This document shows positions 50,201 through 60,997 of a stretch of DNA of 64,000 nucleotides, one piece after another. Made by a program: the position numbers and the translations under genes. The notes under the pieces are model-generated. The model saw only the letters and a list, made by a program, of their open reading frames with translations. It was not told where the DNA came from and ran no database searches. The DNA is from Lingula anatina (lineage: Eukaryota; Animalia; Brachiopoda): contig CM120641.1 of NCBI GenBank assembly GCA_051362555.1, positions 31,254,401 through 31,318,400 of the forward strand, in the 5' to 3' direction. Numbering within the stretch: position 1 is the first letter of the stretch; every line of letters starts with the position of its first letter.

Positions 50201-50854
50201 GACGTCGTTGTCCAATAAGTTCTGAATTTCCTTCTCAATCCATTCTCTCTTGGCTAGCGGCGCACGATAAGCTCTCTGTTGGACCGGCCTGTTATCTCCC
50301 GTATCAATGATCATGGGCATCATATCGCATTTCCCTAGGGGGTGTTCAGTCGTGCTGAAGACGTCATGATATTCCTGTAGCAGTGTGTCAATTTTGTCGT
50401 GTCCCGATGATTGTGGTAGTTGAGTGATTTCCGAAACTGGGCCTGGTAGTCCGTAGTCCGTCAATGGCCATTCTTTATCAAAGAGAGTCATAGATTTTCT
50501 TACGCAGTCAATCTTCGCTTTGCCCTGCTTCAAAATGTCTATGCCTATGATCATTTCATGATCTATGTTCGCTACCACAATGACTTCAAAAATTCCAATG
50601 TTGTCTATTTTGATCTGTGCCCGGCCTTTCACGTCCAACTTCTCGCCTGACACACTGAAGATGTCCCTAGTTTTCTCTACCAAGACTGGCCTCCCCGTTG
50701 ATTTGCAAATTTTCAAAAATACATCTAACCGCAGGCAACTGCAACTCGCCCCACTATCAATTAAACTGGCGATTTTCACACCACTAACTGATAATGACGC
50801 GCCTAATCGTTGATTCCTTTCCTTAGTTGCAGTCCCTGCGGAAGCTAGTTTAAA
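47279..50854 (-). CDS. pol: Gypsy pol (protease, RT, RNase H, integrase), entered by -1 frameshift
   Basis: LIDSGA, RFCVDYRKLN, MPFGL, YIDD, YTDAS, TDHKPL, HHCC and DDE integrase motifs; frame is open from the slippery site at 50848-50854. Confidence 0.95.
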   Translation of the reverse strand, partial: FKLASAGTATKERNQRLGASLSVSGVKIASLIDSGASCSCLRLDVFLKICKSTGRPVLVEKTRDIFSVSGEKLDVKGRAQIKIDNIGIFEVIVVANIDHEMIIGIDILKQGKAKIDCVRKSMTLFDKEWPLTDYGLPGPVSEITQLPQSSGHDKIDTLLQEYHDVFSTTEHPLGKCDMMPMIIDTGDNRPVQQRAYRAPLAKREWIEKEIQNLLDNDVIRPSQSQWSSPVLLTPKSDGSMRFCVDYRKLNEITKIDRYPLPLINDIFDNIGGATVYSVIDLKQGFNQCALDEADMHKTAFICHRGLFEYKTMPFGLSNGPNHYQKLIDHVLNGLIGKSVYCYIDDCVIFSQNMEDHVVHLQQVFDRFRKANLKINPKKCEFAKSEVHLLGYIINKDGIRSNPEKLRPIKEMATPTRVKDVRSFLGMCNYYARTVPDFAGIAAPLYKLTNKNVPFEWTEEHQRSFEKLKELLMSNRVMAHPRINEPYKLYTDASNSAIGGVLVQTNEKGQDRVVQYVSHKLSPSQQRYSTIEKEAYAVMYNVNKLRPYLWGSDVTIYTDHKPLKALFSSKIQNARLQRWAAILAEYNAKIEYIKGTKNVCADFLSRLPAEREEMAIIDIEENWFDPRSFPDSMALHNIPLEADGLNVEDIIRYQGAEFPKEIKEALENEDSDYEIYQGVLYSVRPPTQSEPEYPRLVLPHAYRNQIIGRCHKDVGHMSAFKTLCRVRECYVWKGMRKHITNWIRRCTTCLAHRSVPQRTTLGQLPEAAYPFQMIGMDLVGPFQESEKGNRYCLNVICYLSGWAECFPIPDKTSKSVETALATEFFPRHGIPEIVISDRGSEFSAMEFQTYLANLGIDHRRTTAYNPKCSGKIEKFNQTFKQLISRLVNNDTRKWEEQTANALFAYRNSVSSVTGFTPFYLTYGRRPRLPLSSMLNPSNNYHALNGRLGDLADALTAARDNLQSSRLENKRRFDAKANANKIEVGDTVIVYAPDNVTFGSKWDPVWTVTRHRGNVFWVTHQQTGKSRVVNRNKLRLVDRGLPWDEVRPRARRVFRRRANPGGPQLQLGGPPVNSNATREEPTPQHEVPDSNKRRRVSSHADREVSVSMTGESNSVSNRQTVPARRRHGAAPQFSIPTHSYNTRFRKRCIGEDENQVSHKRLRAADYEGVVEQEQMEEADCEGVVEREQMEISN

Positions 50855-51980
50855 TGCTGATTGTTTCTTCTATGCGTTTGCTGCAGTCGGCACTCGGCGC
50901 GCCTGTGTCCCGGTTTATTGCAGTAAAAACAGATGACGGTCCCGTCTTCTAGCCATCCTGACTGATTCCGCGTAAATGGTCTCCCTTGTGCTTGGCGTGA
51001 ATTGTTTTGGTTTTGTCGTGGGAGATTATCTCTTCGTGGTTCCCTCTGCTGTTGCGTGCGTCTGCGCGGTTGGGGATCAGGTGTGTTATAAACCCGCGTT
51101 TCGATTTTCGCGATGCGCGTCTGTATTCTTTCCTGTTCTTTTAGCGCTTTCTGAATAGTCGCTGACGTTTCCTGTAATTGGTGGATAAGTTTGCTCGCGT
51201 CTGTTTGTATAACGGAAATGTCCATAGGTTCTTCCACCCTATTTGCCGCTGTATTTTCAAACATTGCGTTCTGTGCGATGACGTTTGTCTGTGGGGGTGA
51301 CGGGTTTGGGTCGCTTATCATTTGCTTGAATATTTCGCGTCCCGCATTTTCGTTTTCCGCCCACGCGATGGCTTGGTCCAGTGTAGTCGGCCGACCGCGA
51401 ACTATGAGGTTCTCAGCTAAACTCCCCTAGTGTAAATTCTAATGGCAAATCGTTCTGTGTCAGCGACCCTAGGCGTCGGATACGCGCGCGCGGAAGCCTC
51501 TCTAAATCTCCTATTGAATGCTAATAAGGTCTCATATGGCGACTGCCGCATCATTTCGAGGTCCGATTTCAAACGTTCCGATTCATTTGCTGATAAGAAA
51601 GTCTTTTCTATGTGCTCCTTAATACAAATCCACGAAACCAAATTTCTGTCCTCATGTGCATTGAGAAAACGTTCTATTTCTCTCCTAAGCGATCCTCTTG
51701 AAGTTTTACAGACTAATTTTACTATGCCCCCCGTCAGAGTTCTCACTGTCGGTTCCATAACATCTAATTCAACCAAGTATTCTCGTACCTCTGATAAAAC
51801 GGATCCATCGCACTTGTTGATGCTGTTCACCGCATCCTCCAGTATTTTAAGTTTCGCGTCTTGAATCTGTTTCCCCTGTAGATCTCGTGCTATGATGGTA
51901 ACGGCGTTTACCAACGCGTCCATCGCCTCTCGCTCTCCTCCTTGTCCCGTTATTTGCGGTGTCACCGGAGCTTGAGCCAT
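50845..51980 (-). pseudogene. gag: Gypsy gag with one frameshift near 51420
   Basis: ORFs 51417..51980 (major homology region-like QSPYETLLAFNRRF) and 50845..51321 (CFYCNKPGHRRAEC) join across a frameshift. Confidence 0.85.
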
Positions 51981-52035
51981 GGCGACTTTTCCGTTCTTCT
52001 CTCCACGCAGCGTATCCCTGGTGAGCTCGCCAATC

Positions 52036-52525
52036 TGTCGGGTACCGCCCGATCAGTTATGAACTTTATGTAATACCAGCCTATGCCGGTTGATCACGAT
52101 AGCAGTTCAATACGTCCACGGTTCGATGTCTAATCATACGCATGTAAACACGCAAAGAGAACGAACTCAAGTCCCATGTAAGTTTTCTGTAACTATAACG
52201 AATATTTACTTCAGATATAGAGCATGTACTACAATCGTCGTGTCTCAAATGATTTCTAGCAAAAGCCCCTCTCACAGTAAGCAACCTAGCTTTTATAGAG
52301 GTTATACAGTCACCTGGTTAAATTACATTAAAGGCCACACCATGACCTGCTGGACAACAGTTAATTAAATTAGGGGTCACTCAACCACCTCCACATCCTC
52401 CTAGGAAGTGCCCAGTTCAGCTGGCTTCAAAAACACAAAGGCAATGAAATTCAGAAATAAGATCATACCTGTACGGATATGGAAGTTTTCATAAATGTAT
52501 TACAAACGTTAAGGTGTCCCTGACA
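52036..52525 (-). repeat. Gypsy 5' LTR
   Basis: Adjacent to the PBS at 52016-52032. Confidence 0.95.
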
Positions 52526-52783
52526 ATATGTACATTCACATTCTCTGTAAAAGCTGTTGTAGTAAATTTTAGATTGCTGTTATAAACACTATAAAAATTA
52601 GTCAAGGCAGGGCCACTAAGCAATTTGCCCACTTGCCAACCAACAACTTGTGTTTTGAAGCTTAGGGAAGGAATCGAACCTTCTACCTTGACAAATGTTT
52701 TAGTATATATGATTGAATCTAAATTTTGATTATTCAGTCAAATAAAAAATATTGTTTCTGGAAACATGCCAAAAATTTTTTGG

Positions 52784-52785
<2 letters not shown>

Positions 52786-52834
<49 letters not shown>
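52786..52834. repeat. (TA)n microsatellite
   Basis: Directly visible. Confidence 0.95.
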
Positions 52835-52838
<4 letters not shown>

Positions 52839-53049
52839 AATAAACAAACAAAACGTGTACTATAAAACACTTGGATAGGCACTTTTTTTTACAGCATCTG
52901 ACACATGCATTTTAATGGCTGTGCTATTAAAAAAATTACTAGTTTTAAAATACGACTTTGGAATAAAAAGAAGGGTCAATGGGTAAAATTAGAGTTGGTC
53001 AGACTACCGGAAATGCATATTTTTTGTAACTTTACTTATATTTTCTTAC

Positions 53050-54006
53050 CATTCTGAAATGATGTGAACCTCATCTACAACAACGGTACAGACTCTTTCT
53101 TGGTATAATTTACTTTTGAGTCCTTCTTTCCACAAAAGTCTCAGGATGTGCATATATCAAACAAAATTTACCATTCTTTACATCTTGTAATAGGGCACAT
53201 GAAATTAAGAGATTGTCAACTCTTTCGGAGTCACCACCTTTAAAACTGTAATTGGATTGCTTTTAGGTGAACTTCTAGTAAATATGAGAGGCTTACAAGT
53301 TTTTTTCTTCAATTCTTTTAATGTGCTTTACAACTATTCCTTAGTCAAGTTTATGATTATTGACCAATATTGCGACATAATTTTAAGGTAAAAATGAGGA
53401 AAATGTGTTTTAAATACCCAATGAAATATGAAGACAGCCAGATATACATTTCCAGCCTTGTACTAACATGAACCTATAATATATATATAGTACGTTAGTA
53501 GATACGTCCCTGTTAGTACAAGGCTTTTTTTAATCCTATATATACTGTATTTTCATGTTAACTATAAATAAATAAATATTTTAATCTATAAAAGTCTTCT
53601 TGCAAATTGTTTAGACGTTTTATAACTAAGAAATATATATATATAAATTTGAACTCTTGTTGATTTTTATTCAGAAGACCTCAAAACGCACATACCTTTG
53701 ACACCCATTCCTTCAATATTCATAAAACAAGCAGGTATACCATGCTTCGATAAAGATTAGACTTGATCCTGCATAATCGAATTTAACGGCAAATCATTTG
53801 TTGCTGTCGTCCAAGTTTCCTCTGAAATAGGAAGGGAAGGAAATGGAAAATTATACTTTTACCAAAGCCCGTGGGTAAAACTGCCAAAGTATCATATCCG
53901 TCATACAAAGATTTCAATGTTTGGATCTGCTATGAGTACATTATTTAGAAAATTGCAAAGCTTCATAAAAATCAGGGGTAATGGAAAAGTCACTATTGGC
54001 AGCCAT
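53050..54006 (-). pseudogene. RecQ-like SF2 helicase remnant of an AcademH transposon (2 exons)
   Basis: DTLAVLPTGFGKS (Walker A), PLNSIMQDQV (motif Ia), YAHPE, VVVDEVHIISEW (DEVH). GT donors after 53696 and 53050; stops and frameshifts; ATG ~125 bp inside an Academ-type terminus. Confidence 0.8.
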
Positions 54007-54132
54007 CTTCATGAGCGGAACACTTGAGTGAAAAGGCAGTTCCAACAGAAAAATGTATCGATATGATGCATATTCCTACACCTATCACGTCCGAGGTTTG
54101 TATAGAGCTTGCGGAGTCAGTCGAGGATTGCC
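54000..54132 (-). mobile_element. AcademH terminal region (tip truncated)
   Basis: Diverged inverted match to 54377-54518. Confidence 0.7.
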
Positions 54133-55420
54133 AATAATACAACAGCAATTGTCCATGTCACAATGTTCAATGTCTTTCCATAATACAACAGCAATTGTTG
54201 ATGTTACAATGTTCTATGTCTTCCCAAAATAAAAGAGCAATTGTTGATGTCACTATTTACAATGTCTTCACATAATATAACAACAATTGTTGACATCACA
54301 ATGTTCAATGCCTTCCCATAATACAACAGCAATTGTTGACGTCACAATGTTCAATGTCTTCCCTTAATATGACCAATCGGCAATCCTCGGCCAATTCCGC
54401 AAGCTCCATACTAACCTCGGATGTGATAGGCAGAGAAATATGCACCAAATCCATGCATTTTGTTCGCCAGAAATGCCTTCTTACTCAATTCGGTTTTTCC
54501 GCTCATAAAGATGGCTGTTAATACCACTGCTTTTTATGATGATTTACAGTTTGCCAAACAATGCACTAAGATTGACTTTGATTTAAAGGATAAATAGATA
54601 CAGGCGTTGAAATAATTAGGTTTAAATTAGCGCGAGGTTGAAAGTAGTTCCTTCCCAACAATCAACAATCAAATATGGCTGCCTCCGTATTACGTCCGAG
54701 GTTATTGTCGAGTGCGGAGACATCCAAGTAGTTCCGAGTGTAATATGACAGCAATTGCTGATGTCACAATGTGTTCCCATAATACAACAGCAATTGTTGA
54801 TGTCCCAATGTTCAATGTCTTCCCACAATACAACAGCAATTGTTGATGTCCCAATGTTCAATGTTTTCCCATAATACAACAGCAATTGTTGTTGTCACAA
54901 TCTTCAATGTTTTCCCATAATACAACAGCAATTGTTGATGTCACAATGTTCAATGTCTTCCCATCATACAACAGCAATTGTTGACGTCACAATGTTCAAT
55001 GTCTTCCCATAATACAACAGCAATTGTTGATGTCACAATGTTCAATGTCTTCCCATAATACAACAGCAATTTTGTCACAATGTTCAATGTTTTCCCATAA
55101 TACAACAGCAATTGTTGATGTCACAGTGTTCAATGTTTTCCCATAATACAAGGGCAATTGTTGATGTCACAATGTCCAATGTCTTCCCATAATACAAGAG
55201 CAATTGTTGACTTCACAATGTTCAATGTCTTTCCATAATACAACAGCAATTGTTGATGTCACAATGTTCAATGTCTTCCCATAATACAACAGCAATTGTT
55301 GACTTCACAATGTTCAATGTCTTCCCATAATATAACAGCAATTGTTGATGTCACAATGTTCAATGTCTTTCCGGCAATTGTTGTTGTTTAAATGCTCAAT
55401 AAATTTTCATAATACAACAA
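54133..55420. repeat. 46 bp minisatellite, roughly 19 copies, split by a MITE
   Basis: Unit CCCATAATACAACAGCAATTGTTGATGTCACAATGTTCAATGTCTT. Confidence 0.92.
54374..54740. mobile_element. AcademH-type MITE, 367 bp
   Basis: 9 bp TSD TAATATGAC (54365-54373, 54741-54749); asymmetric ends CAATCGG.. / ..CCGAGTG. Confidence 0.85.
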
Positions 55421-55777
55421 GAGATACCAAATTGAATACAATATGCAGCAAAGTTTTATCTGGCATTATAAGGTGGTAAAGTGACCAAAATGATTTTCTT
55501 ACCTGCCTTCCCTCATGACCTTGAACTATTCTACAGGTTATACAGTGGTTTGGGATGGTTTGGGCAGCCACATTTTGTAAAGCACATTAGATAACAGTAG
55601 TATGGGGTGACTGCATGAAGCTGCAATCTTCCTGGATAGCACATCTTACAGTGTATCATATCAGTTCTCTAAGTCCATCTTCTCCTTTTTTGACAATATA
55701 CCATATCTATTTCCTAACACTAAAATTCAAAGAAATAAAATAATTAAAACTTATTTGTCATGAAAGAAAATAATTAA

Positions 55778-55978
55778 AACTAGAGAACAAAGCTGATAAA
55801 TATACAAACACCAAAATTCTTTTCAACAATGCTAAAACAAGGCAGCAAAATTGTCAAATGTACAGACAACAAGAGATAACTATACTGAAATGAGTTTTCA
55901 ACACTTTTTTACATAAAACAAAATAATTAATTAACAGTCATTTTTATATGATCATTAAGAAAATTGCTGAGATAGGAA
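55778..55978 (+). mobile_element. 5' fragment of the HINE family seen at 3100-4955
   Basis: aacaagagataact..actgaaatga..tttttacataaaacaaaataat matches 3117-3240; begins AACTAGAG. Confidence 0.6.
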
Positions 55979-56106
55979 TAGTACAGAATGGTGCTCTGCA
56001 GACAATACTGAGACATTCTGAACTGGTTTTCACAATCTATGCTCTGCAATAACTCACTATCTACCCATTAAAATGCTACAAATTCTACATACAGTGGTTC
56101 ATCTTA

Positions 56107-58097
56107 CGGTAATGTGCCATGAATTTCGAACAGCTCTTAAATTTGTAACAATTTTAAAATCGGTCGTCTGGAGTTTTTTATGGACCATGAATTTCGACCA
56201 GAAAGCAAGTTTGTGCGATCTTGATTTTCGTGAATTACGTACACATTAAAATCAGCCATCGGGCTATTTTTGCGCTCATAAAGATCTAACAGTCAACAAT
56301 GTTGCCCTAGCGTACCTTTACCTGAGTACTACGTGTGTAGCCCCAGGTGCAAGATAACGATCGGTACAGTTAGCTTAGGATGCTAAACAACATCGTCATC
56401 ACCATTCATTAAGATAACAGGAGAATCAATTATGAGTTGCACTGTCACAGTCTATTCTTTACCCGAGTACTCGGTGTGAGATAGCAATCAGTAGTTTTGC
56501 TGAGGCGCACAATAGCATTGTCAACAGTAGGCACTTCTGTAACAGAACAAAAGAAGCAATTAAGAACTGCAAGATTACCACTATTGTTTTCTTGTCTCGC
56601 TGCGATCGTTCACGATCTCCCGCTTATGAAGTCCCTTGAACAAATATGAAAACTGCCTTCTCGTTTCGCTCAAATCGCTGTTGATCTCCTGGTGACGATC
56701 TTCCGCTAACAAAGTCCTTGGAACAAATATAAAAATTGCCTTCTCGTTGCTAGGATCGCTAACCATTTCCCACTGACTATATGAAAATTGCCTTCTAGCA
56801 TGGACAAAATGTCCAAACTTATAGGCTTGCTCAGAATGTTGATGATCTCTTGCAAACAAATACAATAACGAAGTCCCTTGAACTAGTATGGAAATTGCCT
56901 TATCATCACACTCAGATCGCTCACAATCTCCCATTAACGATCTTCCAGTCCCTTGAATGAATATGAAAATGGCCTTTCTGTCTTGCTTGGATTGGTAACA
57001 AATATGAAAATTGCCTTTTGGGTTTCATCTAGATTACCTATCACTCACGTGTTTGTTTGAAGATGGTTTAAATGACAAAACGTACAGACTTTTCAAATGT
57101 GTACATTGGCGCATCTACAAGGTATGTGCCAGGAAATCAGTTGTGTTGTCGGACAGCTGCTGGTCAAGATTGGGTTGCCTGAGCAAAAAAAATAAAAGTG
57201 GTTGTAAAAGGCAACCACACAACCATGGATATCGAGCCCTGCACCTAGAGGTACCCCCCCCCCGACCAAGTATATTTGATTGTAGACAACAATCAGCAGT
57301 TATCTTGGTTGCAGTGCATGGTGGAGAGAGACTGTAATACACAGTTTGACTGCTGTGGTAAAGGCTACCTCTGCACTGTACATATCGATCTGCGGTCATA
57401 GTGGCCGCCCTGCACAGCAGAGAGAGGCCGTAATGCTGAGGCCAGCTTCTGCAGTGAAGGCAGAACCTGACCTCGAAGCTGACTTCGAAGACACCGACCG
57501 GCGCACAGTGAGGTGAGGACGCTAATCGCCAATAAAGGCTATCTGTACATGCGCCATAGACACCAATCGGTTGTTAATTGTTACGGCTTCAGCGCATGGA
57601 AAGGAGCAATGGTCATTCTAAGCCCGGCTTCCACAGTGAAAGTTATCTGGACAGGGTAAACACCAATCTCCGGCTGTCTCTTCCTCTGTCCACTCCTGTT
57701 CTGAGCACAAGGATCATTCTCAAAACGATACTATAGTTTCCGGCTGCCAGTTTCGCTTTTGAAAAAGGACACTACTGATAATGATGCTGATTTGCGTCCC
57801 TAGCCAACAGTACCACCTTCGGACATACAGAGTGATGGGGTGAAAGTATATATATCCCTTGGGTCGCAATTACCGACACTCACCCATCATTCATCATGGT
57901 AACTCTAAATAGATCATTGAGAGAAGGTAACATAAGGCCTAGTGACAAACAGACAACTTCTGGTCAAAATTGACAGAATTCCATGAAATTTTAACGTTTG
58001 GAGGTTCTGAGCACCTCCATTTCATGAATTACGACCAAAACGATCTTTTCCCAAATTTAATTATTTTCTACTGTACAAAATTCATGGCACATTACCT
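56107..58097. mobile_element. Non-autonomous Tc1/mariner-pogo-like element, ~2 kb
   Basis: TIR (C/A)GGTAATGTGCCATGAATTT flanked by TA; subterminal CATGAATT repeats. Confidence 0.7.
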
Positions 58098-59840
58098 TAA
58101 TTCCAGTTTATCCACAAACTGAACAACTACTATCCTAGTCAAAAGTAGTAGGAAGGTACTTCAGTGTTATACCGGTACATTATACAAAGTATCCAACTGT
58201 AACTTATCTGGATTGAAAGAAAACAGCAAAATAGTGTAATAACCAAAGATTTTTGAAATGAACCTATTATAAAGTCCAATTTGGACAAGCTTTGAAAAAA
58301 TCATCCAGAAACTACCAGATCTGCCCCAATCTTCTGGGAGTGGCAAACACTGTTTTACACCACCACCAGACATTTGAACGGTTTAAATGATGGCATAATT
58401 TAGGCTACAGTTTTACCTAGCCTCTGTTGCTAAGATAATAAAATTAACTCTTACTCTGGTAAAATATATGGAATGTGAATTCTACAGATGCAGCAATCAA
58501 CATATTGGCCATGAAATGTATCCAATAGTGGTAATGGTATTTATGTAGTTCCTTTAAAAGCAAACATAACACCCACTGTAACCATTTGCAATTTGTTGAT
58601 TTGAATAAACATCTTTTATTAATTTTCTATCTTATTATGTGACATTTGTCATATCTGTAATACTACAAATCCTGAATTCAGCTTCTGAAGTTTACTTTTG
58701 ACTTTAAAAAATCTAAACAAATACTGTTGATTTTGACCTAACCTCCATTACCAAATTGTTCATTTTTTATTTGCACATTGGATATTTGTGTGCTGATTGA
58801 TCTATATTACAACAGATGGATAGCACTTTGTTCATAAACAACTAGTATGATATAAAAGCAAGACTGTTCCCAGTGATTTTTAAAATATTTAAATTGGAAT
58901 ACCTCAGGCTTTGTATTTATAGAAAACATGTGACTTAATTATTACCAAAGTGTTAGCCCCGCATTTTCTGTAATTGAAGAGAAATGTTAAATAGGTAACA
59001 ATATTTTTAAATACATACAAAATCTTGGTAATTGAATCAAAAATGGAACCTATGACGTATGGAATGATTGAAATATAACCTAATTTAGATGTTACCTAAC
59101 CTCCATAACGAAAAAATATTGTATTATGTTTACACGTGCATATTTCTTGAAATACAGTAACAGAGTGGGTTAAAATTCTTCTGCCACTCTCTGAATACCT
59201 CTTCATTAAAATAATGTAAAAAGTTTTCCAGTTTTGCAAAGTTCATATTTCTGCATTTCTCATTTTGGAATTGTACCCTTTCTTCTGGAATGACCAAGAA
59301 GCTATCAAATGTTAATTAGCATTGTTCACCACCTCCCCTTCTCTTTATATTATAACAGCAAACTTTTTATCCAATTACATCTAGCTCAGCATGCACTCCT
59401 TATTTAAATACTTTCATGATTTACTATTAATAGATGTGAGAGAAGTCTTTATTGTAACACAACAAAAAATAAAACTTGTTTTAAACTTATCAAGGAAATA
59501 GTCACAACCACTTCAAAAACTTATGCTTAACCTCAAAGCCACAAAATACCCAAAAGCTTGTTAGTCTGAATGAAGTAAAAACAATGATTAAAAAAAATGG
59601 GAAGGACCTAAGTGCAAGTGTAATCTCTGCAATGCCATGGATGTCTCAATGTAAACTTAATTATTACTCACTATAATAATGTATCATACTATGTCAGCTG
59701 CTTGGCCTTATTTTCCTGTTGTAATTTCAATCAACAGAAGTAGTTAGAAACAACAGTAGTAAATGCTGTATCATTATTTAATTTATTCTGTCCATGAATA
59801 GCTACTCAGCTACTTTCATTCTTTCCGACATGAAATAAAC

Positions 59841-59886
59841 TGTATTGTATTGTATTGTATTGTATTGTATTGTATTGTATTGTATT
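59841..59886. repeat. (TGTAT)n microsatellite
   Basis: Directly visible. Confidence 0.95.
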
Positions 59887-60376
59887 GGGACGGGGCATGT
59901 CTTCAAACACCATTACAGTAATTAAAGCTTAACATTGTATTTAAAGCATAACTGGGGCAACAAACAAAATAAAACAAACATGTCAATTCTACATATCTTT
60001 TTTATAAGTTCCAAAATGAGTCACACTGTTTTCCTTTTATTGCATTTATGGTGGCAAGCTGTATTTTACTTGTACCATATTTTTCTGTAGGTTTGAGAAT
60101 TATAAGTATCTGGTTTACTTTAAATGGCCACTACTGTGGCAGTGCCCAAAATAGGGTTTTGTTCAAGTCCGATGCAATACTATGTACATAATGTTTATAA
60201 TCACCACCAGTTTTAATTATATACTGCAGATGACAGATATTTAGAAATGATACTAGCTAAAGTCTTCAGGCCCATTGAAGTTCATAGTCACACTATGAAA
60301 ATACAATAATGAAAAAAATTGAATTTCCCATACACATACACACAAACACACACACTCCTTTAATTACAACAACAAT

Positions 60377-60652
60377 ACTAGAAAAGCACTCAGACAGCAC
60401 AGACCTCTGCCAAGGCAGCAAAGTCTCCATCCAATGCAGTTTCACCCCTAAATTTTCAATATTTCTGATTATTGATTATTGATAGATTATTGATCCAGAT
60501 CACCATCAAAAACTAATCATGTGTTCCTTGGCCCACTTCTGACAGTTCCTGAAAATTTCATCAAAATCGGTCCATAACTTTTTGAGTTATATTGATGACA
60601 GACAGACAGACAAACAGGGGTGAAAACATAACCTCCTTGGCAGAGGTAAAAA
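60377..60652 (-). mobile_element. HINE element, shorter inverted copy of 19221-19772
   Basis: Reverse complement of both ends of the 19221 element, with a single internal unit and no MITE. Confidence 0.85.
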
Positions 60653-60768
60653 GTACCAGTATATATGCGATCAGGCTGGTTTTAAAACACCAGTTGTATA
60701 TAAGTCATATTTGTCAGTCACGTAAGTTTGAAGACAGGCAAATTGTTTTCCATGAAATAGGGTATCTG

Positions 60769-60770
<2 letters not shown>

Positions 60771-60824
<54 letters not shown>

Positions 60825-60882
60825 TAAGAGTAATACATACTGAAAAAAAAAAACAGCACGAAGGGCCCCAAACCCCGCACAC

Positions 60883-60926
<44 letters not shown>
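60771..60926. repeat. (TA)n and (TG)n microsatellites
   Basis: 60771-60820 and 60886-60926. Confidence 0.9.
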
Positions 60927-60930
<4 letters not shown>

Positions 60931-60993
60931 GGAGGGGGGAGGATGGACTTTGCATCTGCGGACCCCCCTTCAAATAATCTTGGATCCCCCCTG
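60853..60993. mobile_element. Partial CAGG-type MITE
   Basis: Right end GGATCCCCCCTG resembles the 19977 family; left end not found. Confidence 0.45.
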
Positions 60994-60997
60994 TATA

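Larger units (their letters stand above)
45196..52525 (-). mobile_element. Full-length Ty3/Gypsy LTR retrotransposon, 7330 bp
   Basis: Apparently identical 490 bp LTRs, 4 bp TSD ATAT, PBS TGGCGAGCTCACCAGGG (tRNA-Arg-like), PPT GGGAAAAGGAGGAATG, domain order PR-RT-RH-IN. Confidence 0.97.

Noticed and set aside
47451-51864. Numerous + strand ORFs
   Set aside because: Antisense shadows of Gypsy gag/pol.
54133-55420. Palindromic repeat array resembling CRISPR
   Set aside because: Contiguous 46 bp units without spacers; an ordinary minisatellite.
55500-59400. Minus-strand exon-like segments (55504-55710, 58270-58410, 59150-59400)
   Set aside because: Stops in all frames and no recognisable homology; cannot support a gene call.
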